In this document: piece after piece, positions 1 through 9,022 of the stretch
How the letters are laid out: every line of letters begins with the position of its first letter
Position numbering within the stretch: position 1 is the stretch's first letter
Source of the DNA: Candidatus Aminicenantes bacterium
GTDB taxonomy: Bacteria > Acidobacteriota > Aminicenantia > JAMOAD01
Direction: 5' to 3'
DNA: 64,000 bases
NCBI GenBank assembly: GCA_027061995.1
Contig: JAMOUT010000079.1
Location: 14,098-78,097, forward strand
Notes under the pieces: model-generated
The model's database searches: none
Told to the model about the DNA's origin: nothing
Seen by the model: the letters and a program-made list of their open reading frames with translations, nothing else
Made by a program: the position numbers and the translations under genes

Positions 1-33
1 ATAATAAAAAATCGTTTCATTAGGAGGGATAAA

Positions 34-825
34 ATGGAGATTATAATTAAAAAAGATAAAGAAGAGATAGCGGAAGAGATTATTAATCGAATTAAAGAAC
101 TTATCAAGAAAAAAAGGCATCCTGTCATAGGTCTTCCGACCGGAAATACTCCGAAAATCATATATAAAAAAATGATAGAAGAATATGAGAAAAAGAACAT
201 TGATTTTTCCGATATTGTAATTTTCGCACTTGATGAATATCTCGGCATTCATCTTGATCACCCTGCCTCAACAAGAGAGTATTTTAGAAAAAACCTTCTC
301 AACCATATAAATGTAAAAGAGGAAAACCTTTATTTTATTAACGGAACTCCGGACAATATTGAAGAGGAATGCAGAAAAGTTGAGGAAAATATCAGAGATA
401 GAGGGGGAATAGATTTTGTGATTCTCGGACTCGGTCAAGACGGGCATATAAGTTTTAATGAACCCGGCTCTTCTCTTACTTCAAGAACAAGGGTAAAACC
501 ACTAACACAATCAACCATAAAACATTTGAGTCAATTTTTCGGAAACGAGGAAAAAACCCCGCGATTCTGTATAACTTTTGGTCTCGGAACAATTATGGAT
601 GCTAAAGAGATAGCCCTTATTGCTTATGGTTATCATAAAGCTGTTGCAATAAAGAAATGTGTCGAAGGACCCATATCAGCCTCTTTTCCGGGTTCAATTG
701 TTCAAATGCACCCCAAAGCAAAAATTTTCCTTGATGATGAATCAGCGAATTTATTAGATGAAAAAGAATATTATAAATGGGCATATGAGAACAAACATAA
801 GATGTTCGATTATCTCAATAAATAA
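34..825 (+). CDS. nagB: Glucosamine-6-phosphate deaminase
   Basis: GLPTGNTP, LDEY, GLGQDGHISFNEPG and GPIS..FPGS..QMH motifs; SD AGGAGG at 22-27. Confidence 0.95.
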   Translation: MEIIIKKDKEEIAEEIINRIKELIKKKRHPVIGLPTGNTPKIIYKKMIEEYEKKNIDFSDIVIFALDEYLGIHLDHPASTREYFRKNLLNHINVKEENLYFINGTPDNIEEECRKVEENIRDRGGIDFVILGLGQDGHISFNEPGSSLTSRTRVKPLTQSTIKHLSQFFGNEEKTPRFCITFGLGTIMDAKEIALIAYGYHKAVAIKKCVEGPISASFPGSIVQMHPKAKIFLDDESANLLDEKEYYKWAYENKHKMFDYLNK

Positions 826-827
826 AC

Positions 828-1289
828 ATGGACACTATTTTAATAGAGATTAGATCGGTTCTAACGGTTGATTTGATTTTAAAAAACTTTCCCGAATTAA
901 AATCCAAAAAAAAATTTATTCAAAAAGGGCTTGATATTGTTAAAGTGAAAACACCTAAGATTTATCGCTATTTATCAAAGGAAAATGCTATTATTAACTT
1001 AAGAAAATATAAAATAATTATAGAGCATGACCCCGGAATAAAACAGAAAGAGATAAGAAAAATATTGAATTATTGGATTAAAAGGGCTAAAATAAAAAGG
1101 ATGTTTTTGTCATTTGTGGAATTACTAATTATCCCTTTTACCGCAATATTAACCCCTATACCGGGACCCAATTTTATTTTTTACGCTGTTTTTCTTCTAT
1201 TTTATTTTCATGTATCGGGGTATCTCTCTTTGAGAAAAATCAGAGTTGAAGATTTAAACATTGAGTTTGATGAAAAAAAATTATGTTGA
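828..1289 (+). CDS. Hypothetical membrane protein with hydrophobic hairpin (TPIPGPN motif)
   Basis: 153-aa ORF 2 bp after nagB stop; C-terminal hydrophobic segment IIPFTAILTPIPGPNFIFYAVFLLFYFH. Confidence 0.7.
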   Translation: MDTILIEIRSVLTVDLILKNFPELKSKKKFIQKGLDIVKVKTPKIYRYLSKENAIINLRKYKIIIEHDPGIKQKEIRKILNYWIKRAKIKRMFLSFVELLIIPFTAILTPIPGPNFIFYAVFLLFYFHVSGYLSLRKIRVEDLNIEFDEKKLC

Positions 1290-2463
1290 TTTGCATATAC
1301 ACTCCCCTTTTTCTCTTGCCACATCAAAAAAGATGGATGTGGATAATCTTGAAATTATGGCTATTAAAAAAGGGATTGATATTCTTGCAACGGGGGATAT
1401 CTTTCATCCCGAATGGCAGAATATTTTAAAAACAAAATTAGTGGAAAAAAAAGACGGGTTTCACAAACTTAAAGACGGTAAAACAAATTTTATCCTTTCG
1501 GGAGAAGTCTCTCTCGTTTTCGGAGAGGTGGGAAAAAAGAAAAAAGTTCATGTTTTGATTTTATGCAAAGACTTTGCGGAAACAGAAAAACTGACTAAGA
1601 TATTTTCGGCATACGGTAAGCTTAAATCAAACGGAAGACCTTTTTTAAAAATGAGCCTTAAACAATTATCCGATTATATAGAAAAAGAGACTAAGGATTG
1701 TTTTATAATAGCAGCTCATATTTGGACACCCCATTATTCCCTTTTCGGTTCAAAGTCCGGATTTAATTCTTTGGAAGAAGCTTTTGAAGGAAAGCCCACC
1801 GATAGGTTAATTGCCATGGAAACGGGGTTATCTTCCGACCCACCTATGAATCGGCTTGTTAAAGATGTAATGAGATACACGCTTGTATCAAATTCCGACT
1901 CTCACTCTCCTCTGAAAATAGGAAGAGAAGTGAATGTTTTTCAAAACATCTCCTCTTTTGATACATTGATAAAAAGTATAAAAACAGGAAAAAATTTTTT
2001 ATATACAATAGAGTTTTTCCCGGAAGAGGGAAAATATTTTTATGACGGGCATAGAAAATGTAGTGTTTCTCTTCATCCCGAACAAACTTTTAAACGAAAA
2101 ACGATTTGCCCTGTTTGCGGAAAAAAATTAACGGTCGGTGTTTTAAACAGGGTTTACGAACTGTCAAAAATACACGGAGAATTCAAGGGTGAAACAATCC
2201 CTTTTAAATATTCCGTTCCCCTTATAGAAATTATAGCTGCTGTTTTAAAAAGGAAAGATAATTCCCCAGTTGTTTTAAGAGAATACTATGCTCTGTTGGA
2301 TAAAATAGGCAAAGAGTTTTATATTCTTGAAGAAGCGGAATTTGACTTGATTAAAAAATATTCGGGAGAGATGCTTGCAAAATCCATTACCGCTCTTAGA
2401 GAAAACAGAGTCAAAAGAATACCCGGATTTGACGGACAATATGGTAAAATTATTTTTGAATAG
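1270..2463 (+). CDS. Endonuclease Q family (PHP-domain) DNA repair endonuclease
   Basis: DLHIHS, AHIWTP, ETGLSSD, NSDSHS, GKYFYDGHRKC...CPVCG zinc ribbon, C-terminal PGFDGQYG; ATG at 1270 preferred over TTG at 1261. Confidence 0.88.
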   Translation: MKKNYVDLHIHSPFSLATSKKMDVDNLEIMAIKKGIDILATGDIFHPEWQNILKTKLVEKKDGFHKLKDGKTNFILSGEVSLVFGEVGKKKKVHVLILCKDFAETEKLTKIFSAYGKLKSNGRPFLKMSLKQLSDYIEKETKDCFIIAAHIWTPHYSLFGSKSGFNSLEEAFEGKPTDRLIAMETGLSSDPPMNRLVKDVMRYTLVSNSDSHSPLKIGREVNVFQNISSFDTLIKSIKTGKNFLYTIEFFPEEGKYFYDGHRKCSVSLHPEQTFKRKTICPVCGKKLTVGVLNRVYELSKIHGEFKGETIPFKYSVPLIEIIAAVLKRKDNSPVVLREYYALLDKIGKEFYILEEAEFDLIKKYSGEMLAKSITALRENRVKRIPGFDGQYGKIIFE

Positions 2464-2464
2464 A

Positions 2465-3925
2465 TTATTCTATTGAGTTCAAAAAACCGATGCTTGTAAA
2501 ATTTTTAATTTTTACGGATTTTTTAATATAAAAAATATTAGGTTTAATAAATAGAGGAAGAAAAACTTTTTCTCCGATAGCTATTTTATGAGCTTTAACA
2601 AAATAATCATATCTCAAATTAGCATCAATCTCTTTCAGCCCGAGATCTATTAACTTGTCTAAGTTTTTATTAGAATAATTAAACATATTTAAAACACCAT
2701 GGTATTTTGTTCTCGTATGAAAAAATCTAACCAAAATATCATCAACCCCACCCGTATCAGTTGCATACCTGAAAGGGGTTATGCTAAAGATGCCATCATC
2801 AAATAGTGTAAATCTCCATTTTTTATTAGTCTCTTCTTTTAATTCAAGATTTGAAAACCCTTGTTTCTTTAAGAGGTTGTATATATATTTAGCTATCCGC
2901 ATATTTATAAAATCACTGTCAGGATAAATTATTATCATCTTTTTCCTTTTTTGATTAGGGCTTATATTATAGTCAGCAATTTGTTTTTTAGTAATATAAT
3001 TATGCTTTAACCAAGGGGGAACAAAAGTGTTTGATATATAATCTTCGGGAATATTTAAATAATTAACGAGTTTTTTTCTGTTAATTAACTGCGATATATA
3101 TTTTCTTACCTTTATGTCCGACAAAGGCTTAACTCTTGGGTTTAGAATCAGGAAATATACAAAATTGCTTGGTTTATTAATTATATTATAATATTCACTT
3201 AAATTATTATTTAACTTTACACTTAAATTACTTATTATATCGGGATAATTATCTTCCAATGATTTTTCGCTAAATTTATAATTAAAAACAAATTTTATCT
3301 TTTCTAACACCCCTTTTTCGCCCCAATATCGGTTAAATCTTGTTAATAAAATGCTGTGTTTTTCTATTTTATCAAATTTAAAAGGGCCTGTTCCTATTAA
3401 ATCTTTTTTCTTTAGTTTTCTGTTTATTTTAAAAGAATCTTTGAAATAGATTATTTTTATATCCGATATTTGAATTAAAAAATCGGGAATCCTTTTGTTC
3501 AAGCAAAATTTAACCTTATATTTCCCCTCTGTTAATACTTTTTCTATTGAATTAACTATAAAAATATAGGGGGAATATATGCTTAATTTTTTTAATCTTT
3601 TAAAATTTTTTACAATATCTTTTGCTGTCAATTCTTTATTATTATGGAAAAAAATTCCGGGAAGGATATCAAAAACCCATTCTTTAGGTTTGGGATTATA
3701 CCATCTGTATGCCAAAGAAGGTTCTATTCTAAAATCAAAACTTTTTTTTACGAGAGATTCAAACACATTATCAAATACATTAATATCTGTAGCCCAATTA
3801 GTTAAATGGGGATCAACGATATAAGTCCCGGAAGGAAAGGCAATCACAAGCTCCTTTTGTTTATGTTTGCAGCCGGGATAAAGAAAGATGATTAAAATTA
3901 ATACGATAATTATTTTTTTATTCAT
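2465..3925 (-). CDS. Family 5 (OppA/DppA-like) solute-binding lipoprotein
   Basis: Signal peptide with lipobox LYPGC; DP..VFESLV...PSLA..W...FHN..LTA.D; IGTGPF; F.RYWG. Confidence 0.85.
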   Translation of the reverse strand: MNKKIIIVLILIIFLYPGCKHKQKELVIAFPSGTYIVDPHLTNWATDINVFDNVFESLVKKSFDFRIEPSLAYRWYNPKPKEWVFDILPGIFFHNNKELTAKDIVKNFKRLKKLSIYSPYIFIVNSIEKVLTEGKYKVKFCLNKRIPDFLIQISDIKIIYFKDSFKINRKLKKKDLIGTGPFKFDKIEKHSILLTRFNRYWGEKGVLEKIKFVFNYKFSEKSLEDNYPDIISNLSVKLNNNLSEYYNIINKPSNFVYFLILNPRVKPLSDIKVRKYISQLINRKKLVNYLNIPEDYISNTFVPPWLKHNYITKKQIADYNISPNQKRKKMIIIYPDSDFINMRIAKYIYNLLKKQGFSNLELKEETNKKWRFTLFDDGIFSITPFRYATDTGGVDDILVRFFHTRTKYHGVLNMFNYSNKNLDKLIDLGLKEIDANLRYDYFVKAHKIAIGEKVFLPLFIKPNIFYIKKSVKIKNFTSIGFLNSIE

Positions 3926-5636
3926 TGGCTTTTAAGTATATATGAAAAACACTCCCTTTATTTTTTTTGCTCTCGACCTCAATTATACCTTGATGTTTCT
4001 TTGCTATAAGATAACAAGAAAACAACCCTAATCCAGTTCCTTTTTTTTCTTTTGTTGAGAAAAACGGTTCGAATATCTTTTCCATATTCTCCTTTTTTAT
4101 CCCTATGCCATTATCCGCTATTGATATTTTAATATAATGTGATCGGGGAAGAATATGATGTTCTTTTAAGTATATCTCTGAAAGAGATATCCTAATCTCT
4201 TTCTCTCTTTTAACCGATACAGCATCTTTTGCATTAAGAATAATATTTATAAGCATTTGAATGATATCTTCCTTATTCCCCTTTATCTCGGTTTCCACCG
4301 GCAAATTTATCTCTTTGATAAGATTTGTGTTTGAAAGATTCCTTTTAACCAAAGATAATGCTTCGTTAAGTATGTTTACGATTTGATGTGATTGAAATTC
4401 CTCTTTTACCCCTTTTGAAAATTTTAAAAAATTATTAACGAGATTTTCCGTGTTTTTCAAACCCTCCTCCATGTTTAGAACATAGTGTTTAATAGATTCA
4501 TTAGAGGTGGAATCTTTTATAATATCAAGATATCCTGAAATTACTCCTATCATATTTTTAATGTCATGAACAAAACTGGAAACAAAGACACCGAGACTTT
4601 CCATTTTTTGAGCGAAAACTATTTTTTCCCTCATCTTTACTTCATCAGTAATATCATTAATCATTACAACTCTCTTATTGTCAGGAATATTATATGAGAA
4701 AATCAAAAAATATCTATCTCCGATTTTCTTTTCAACCGATTTATTAAGGCTCTTTAAAGAGTCGAATATATACCATAAAAGTTTAGTGTTTTTTTCGTAT
4801 TTATTGCAAAATTTAGAATTTTTAAAAATGATTTTTTGATTTTTGTCAACAATTATTATCCCGTTGGGAGAATTTTCGATTACAGATTCGAGAAGTTCTC
4901 GTAATTCTCTCTCTCTTTTAATGCTTTTACTTATCTCCTCTGCCATCTCACTCATTGTTAATGAAAGATCTTTAAACTCATCGGTACTACTCAACTCTAT
5001 CTTTTTGTGAAACTCTTTTTTTCTCATTTTTTCCGCAAATTCGGATAATCGTTCAACGGAATTTGTAATTCTTGAACTATATTTATTTAGAATCACCGCA
5101 AGAATAACGAATATGGGAAGATTGATAAGAAAAATCAGAAAAAAAGATTTTAAAAAATAATCTAAAAAAAGAATATATCTGTAATAGTAAACAATCGTAA
5201 ACAGATGTTCCCCGTTTTCTTCTATCAGGGGAACAAATACAAGATAGTATCCTTTTTTTATCATCTTTTTTAAAGCTATGTTTTTTAGGTTAAGATAAGG
5301 AAATTGAACCAATGGTTTTTTTACCCTTTTAAAAAAATCGGAAGAACTATATATCAATTTATTATTAATGGAATATATCTCAATATTTTTAAGAGATTCG
5401 TTCATTTCTAATAATTCGAGTATTTTGGAATGGAATTTTAGAGGGAACCTATTAAGATAATGCCTCATATCCATCCCTATTTTATCAGCGGTATTTTGAG
5501 AAAAGATAAAATTACTCTCTTTAAAACTGTTTTTCTCGAAAAAACTGAATAAACCACCCATTATCATTGAGTTCATTAAGATAAAAATTAAAATTAAAAT
5601 GATATAAGATAAAAAAATCTTTTTTTTAAATCTCAT
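3918..5636 (-). CDS. Membrane sensor histidine kinase (2 TM, HAMP, PAS-like, HisKA, HATPase)
   Basis: H-box HDIKN, N-box NIILNAKDA, DNGIGI, IFEPFFSTK, GTGLGL; no receiver domain. Confidence 0.93.
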   Translation of the reverse strand: MRFKKKIFLSYIILILIFILMNSMIMGGLFSFFEKNSFKESNFIFSQNTADKIGMDMRHYLNRFPLKFHSKILELLEMNESLKNIEIYSINNKLIYSSSDFFKRVKKPLVQFPYLNLKNIALKKMIKKGYYLVFVPLIEENGEHLFTIVYYYRYILFLDYFLKSFFLIFLINLPIFVILAVILNKYSSRITNSVERLSEFAEKMRKKEFHKKIELSSTDEFKDLSLTMSEMAEEISKSIKRERELRELLESVIENSPNGIIIVDKNQKIIFKNSKFCNKYEKNTKLLWYIFDSLKSLNKSVEKKIGDRYFLIFSYNIPDNKRVVMINDITDEVKMREKIVFAQKMESLGVFVSSFVHDIKNMIGVISGYLDIIKDSTSNESIKHYVLNMEEGLKNTENLVNNFLKFSKGVKEEFQSHQIVNILNEALSLVKRNLSNTNLIKEINLPVETEIKGNKEDIIQMLINIILNAKDAVSVKREKEIRISLSEIYLKEHHILPRSHYIKISIADNGIGIKKENMEKIFEPFFSTKEKKGTGLGLFSCYLIAKKHQGIIEVESKKNKGSVFHIYLKANE

Positions 5637-5648
5637 CTGTATAACTCG

Positions 5649-5686
5649 AAAAATGATAGGGAGGGGAGGTAATTCCTCCCCTCTAT
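5649..5686 (-). terminator. Putative intrinsic terminator downstream of OPT transporter
   Basis: GAGGGGAGG-taatt-CCTCCCCTC 9-bp stem (5661-5683); short U tract on the minus strand, offset by 7 nt. Confidence 0.6.
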
Positions 5687-5699
5687 ATTGATAAATTAC

Positions 5700-7781
5700 T
5701 TATTCTGACATTTGAGTTGCCGGTTCATCAGGATCTCCGGCATTATTAATAGGGATTCTTACGAGAAGATATCCGAGAGCAACCATTATAAGAATACTTA
5801 TGTAAAAAGGGGAATGAGGCCATATATTCGGAACTTTTACATCAAAGAAAGCAAGAGCGGCGAAAAGCAATCCCATTAACGCTTCACCGGCAATTAATCC
5901 TGAGGCAAGTAAAACCCCTCTATTATCAATCCTTGCTTTTTGGTTATTATTGTATTTTCTTTTTTCAATTATCATGTCAACAATCCATCTGATTATTCCA
6001 CCGACAAAAATGGCTGCCACTGTTTCAAAAGAAAGATACATTCCCACACTCACAAGCATAGGACTTTTTACCTTAACAAGTATAAATCCGATTGCCATAA
6101 TTATTCCGACGATAATCAAAGGCCATACCATTTCTCCGCCAACGATTCCTTGTGAGAGTTTTGCCATTAACCCTGCTTGAGGAGCAGCTAATACATCTCC
6201 TCCGAAACCTCCTTGATATCCTTGAATCTTTGCCATTTTCAAATCTCCTGCATTCAATATAAAAAGGGGAATCCACATTACAAGTGCTGAAATAATAACT
6301 CCTATAAAATCTCCCACCTGCATCTTCCAAGGAGTTCCTCCGAGGATATGTCCCACTTTCAAATCTTGCAACATCTCTCCCGATACGGCAGCGGAAACAC
6401 AAATGACACCTGCAACAGCAAGGACAACTATTACTCCGCTTGTTCCTTTCGCCCCGAGAATAACCATTAATATTGCGGCTATAACAAGAGTTGAAAGGGT
6501 TAATCCAGAAATCGGATTATTAGAAGAACCTATAAGTCCGACAAGATATCCGGAGACCGCTGCAAAGAAAAATCCCGCTATCATCATTACCAAAGCGGCT
6601 ACAAGAGCGGGAACAAAATTTGCTTTACTAAAATCCATAAACCACCAATATACGATAAAAGTTAGCACTGAAATACCGAGCAATCCCATAAAAACGATTT
6701 TTATACTTATATCTTTATCCGTTCTTTTGGTAGCCGCACCGGCGGTTGCCGCTTTTTTAACATCGTCTATAGATCTTTTGATTCCTGTTATTAAACTTTT
6801 TCTCATCCCGTAAAGGGTCCATGCAGCACTCATTAACATACCGCCAATTGCAATAGGTTTTACGATATTAGCAAAAATATTTTTAGAAACCTCCGTCCAT
6901 GTCAAAGCTCCGGCTGCCACCAGAGAGCTGTATTGAGGTGCGAGAATAAGAGTCAATAAAGGAACAAAAAGCCCCCACGCAAGAACACCACCTGCAAAAT
7001 TTAATGCAGCGAGTCTCGGGCCTATAATATAACCAACTCCGAAGAAAGCAGGACTCAATGCCGGAGACTTTAACAAAATACCACCACCTGTGCTAACTCC
7101 TCCAAATACTGATTCCTTAATTTTTTCTCCGTTTTTTAAAACCTCTTTGGTAATATGAGTTCCCGGAATAATCTTATTTGCAAAAGAAGAAAAAGCTTCC
7201 CATTTTGAAGCAAGAACATGGAAACTTTTTAAAAATTCGATTAAGCCACCTATACCCATGGCATAAAATAGATATTTGGCCCCTGTTGTTCCGCTTCTCC
7301 CCGCTTTATGAATTTCAGATGCTGCAACAGATTCGGGAAAAGGAAGTTCGGGATCTTCAACCATAACTCTCCTTAAAAGTGTAACAAAAAGAATTCCTGC
7401 AATACCACCTACCAACATTATTACGGTTGATTTCCAATATCCGGCAAATGAACCGAAAAATTCAGGACTCCATACTCCAGCAATCAAAAATGCAGGTAAA
7501 GTAAAAATAGCTCCTGCTGCAACCGATTCTCCGATTGAACCAACTGTTCTTGTAAGATTTTCTTCAAGTATATTATTCCCCTTGAAAAGTCTCAAAAGAG
7601 CCATCCCAAGAACTGCCGCAGGGTATGTAGCGGCGATTGTCATCCCCGCTTTCAAACCAAGGTAAGCATTGGCCGCACCTAATACAACGGCAAGAATGAT
7701 ACCAATTAATAATGCTCTTAAAGTAAATTCTTTAAAATCAGTTTCATCCGGAACAAATGGTGTAAATTTTTTCTCTGCCAT
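5700..7781 (-). CDS. OPT family oligopeptide transporter
   Basis: ANAYLGLKAG, ENL..T.GS.GE, LPFPE, GSSNNPISG, LQDLKVG..LG.TP, APQA.LM, ASGLIAGE motifs; SD AGGAGG. Confidence 0.95.
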   Translation of the reverse strand: MAEKKFTPFVPDETDFKEFTLRALLIGIILAVVLGAANAYLGLKAGMTIAATYPAAVLGMALLRLFKGNNILEENLTRTVGSIGESVAAGAIFTLPAFLIAGVWSPEFFGSFAGYWKSTVIMLVGGIAGILFVTLLRRVMVEDPELPFPESVAASEIHKAGRSGTTGAKYLFYAMGIGGLIEFLKSFHVLASKWEAFSSFANKIIPGTHITKEVLKNGEKIKESVFGGVSTGGGILLKSPALSPAFFGVGYIIGPRLAALNFAGGVLAWGLFVPLLTLILAPQYSSLVAAGALTWTEVSKNIFANIVKPIAIGGMLMSAAWTLYGMRKSLITGIKRSIDDVKKAATAGAATKRTDKDISIKIVFMGLLGISVLTFIVYWWFMDFSKANFVPALVAALVMMIAGFFFAAVSGYLVGLIGSSNNPISGLTLSTLVIAAILMVILGAKGTSGVIVVLAVAGVICVSAAVSGEMLQDLKVGHILGGTPWKMQVGDFIGVIISALVMWIPLFILNAGDLKMAKIQGYQGGFGGDVLAAPQAGLMAKLSQGIVGGEMVWPLIIVGIIMAIGFILVKVKSPMLVSVGMYLSFETVAAIFVGGIIRWIVDMIIEKRKYNNNQKARIDNRGVLLASGLIAGEALMGLLFAALAFFDVKVPNIWPHSPFYISILIMVALGYLLVRIPINNAGDPDEPATQMSE

Positions 7782-7793
7782 AAAACCTCCTTC

Positions 7794-8165
7794 TTAATAA
7801 GCTTTTTTTATAACTTCATAAACTGTTTTAATCAATTTTTCGGGTTTTACCGGTTTTTTCAGGTAATCGGAAGCACCTCTCTCTTTAGCCTCTTTAACAT
7901 CCTCTTCCCCCTGTTCGGTTGAAAGCATTATTACCGGAATCTCTTTAAACTCATCCGTAGCTTTGACTCTTGATAAAAACTCCATACCATCCATATTAGG
8001 CATATTTATGTCACATATAATCAAATCCACAGTGTTCATAGATAAGACATTTAAGGCTTCAAGGCCATCTCCTGCCTCAAGTATCTCACCCTTAAACACT
8101 TTTTTTAATGCTATTTTAACCATTTTACGGATTATTGCGGAATCATCTACTAATAAAAAATTCAT
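7794..8165 (-). CDS. Single-domain CheY-like response regulator
   Basis: VDD, phosphoacceptor CDINMP, MLST and KKP motifs; 123 aa with no output domain. Confidence 0.93.
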   Translation of the reverse strand: MNFLLVDDSAIIRKMVKIALKKVFKGEILEAGDGLEALNVLSMNTVDLIICDINMPNMDGMEFLSRVKATDEFKEIPVIMLSTEQGEEDVKEAKERGASDYLKKPVKPEKLIKTVYEVIKKAY

Positions 8166-9022
8166 TATTTTCCACCTCCTGGTTTCCTATAAACCATAAC
8201 TCCTTTTAAAGGTTTAAGTAGAAACAGATTTGTTACTTTAAACAAAGTATCGGACATCCCGAGAAACAAGTAGCCGTTAGGAACCAAGTTATCATAAAGG
8301 TTTTTAGCAACTATTTTTTTTGATTCAATATCGAAATATATTAAAACATTTCTGCAAAAAATTATGTCCATATTTTTTAGTGTTGCTGTTTGAGTTTTTG
8401 AGAACAGGTTTACAATACTAAAACTTACCATTTTTTTTATCTCTTCATTTATTTCATAAAAATTTCCTTTTTTGGTGAAATATTTTTCTTTAAGCTCCGG
8501 CGGGGTATTTCTTAAATCAGGTTCTGAGAAAAAGCCTGCTCGTGCGCTATTAATTACATCTGTATTTATATCTGTTCCATAAATATTAAAAGTTACACCT
8601 TTGTTTAGCAACCCTTTTTCCTTTAGTAATATTGCTATGGAATAAGGTTCGGAGCCATTTGAAGAAGCCGCACTCCAGATTCTTATACTTTTCATGTTTG
8701 TTTTTTCACTCAATTTTGTCTCTATCATTTCGGGCAATACAATATTTACCAATGCTTCAAGCTGAGGTTTTTCTCTGAAAAAATAGGTTTCATTAACTGT
8801 TAAAAGATTATATAAATCTTTTAATTCCTGCTTTCCGCGAGGATCAAATTTCAGAAAACTGATATATTCCCTTATGGAAGAAAATTTTGATTCCTCTATC
8901 CTCTTAATTATCCTTTTTTTAAAGAAATGCCACTGACTTCCAACAAAAGCAAGACCTGTTTGTTCATAGAGGTATGTCCTGATCAACATAAGTTCATTTT
9001 CAGAAACATTTGTTAATTTCAT
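8165..9022 (-). CDS. cheR: CheR-family protein-glutamate O-methyltransferase
   Basis: LTVNETYFFRE, RIWSAASSNGSEPYS, GTDI, DIIFCRNVLIYF, GYLFLG.SD; ATG at 9022 overlaps the upstream TGA (alternative GTG at 9031). Confidence 0.93.
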   Translation of the reverse strand: MKLTNVSENELMLIRTYLYEQTGLAFVGSQWHFFKKRIIKRIEESKFSSIREYISFLKFDPRGKQELKDLYNLLTVNETYFFREKPQLEALVNIVLPEMIETKLSEKTNMKSIRIWSAASSNGSEPYSIAILLKEKGLLNKGVTFNIYGTDINTDVINSARAGFFSEPDLRNTPPELKEKYFTKKGNFYEINEEIKKMVSFSIVNLFSKTQTATLKNMDIIFCRNVLIYFDIESKKIVAKNLYDNLVPNGYLFLGMSDTLFKVTNLFLLKPLKGVMVYRKPGGGK

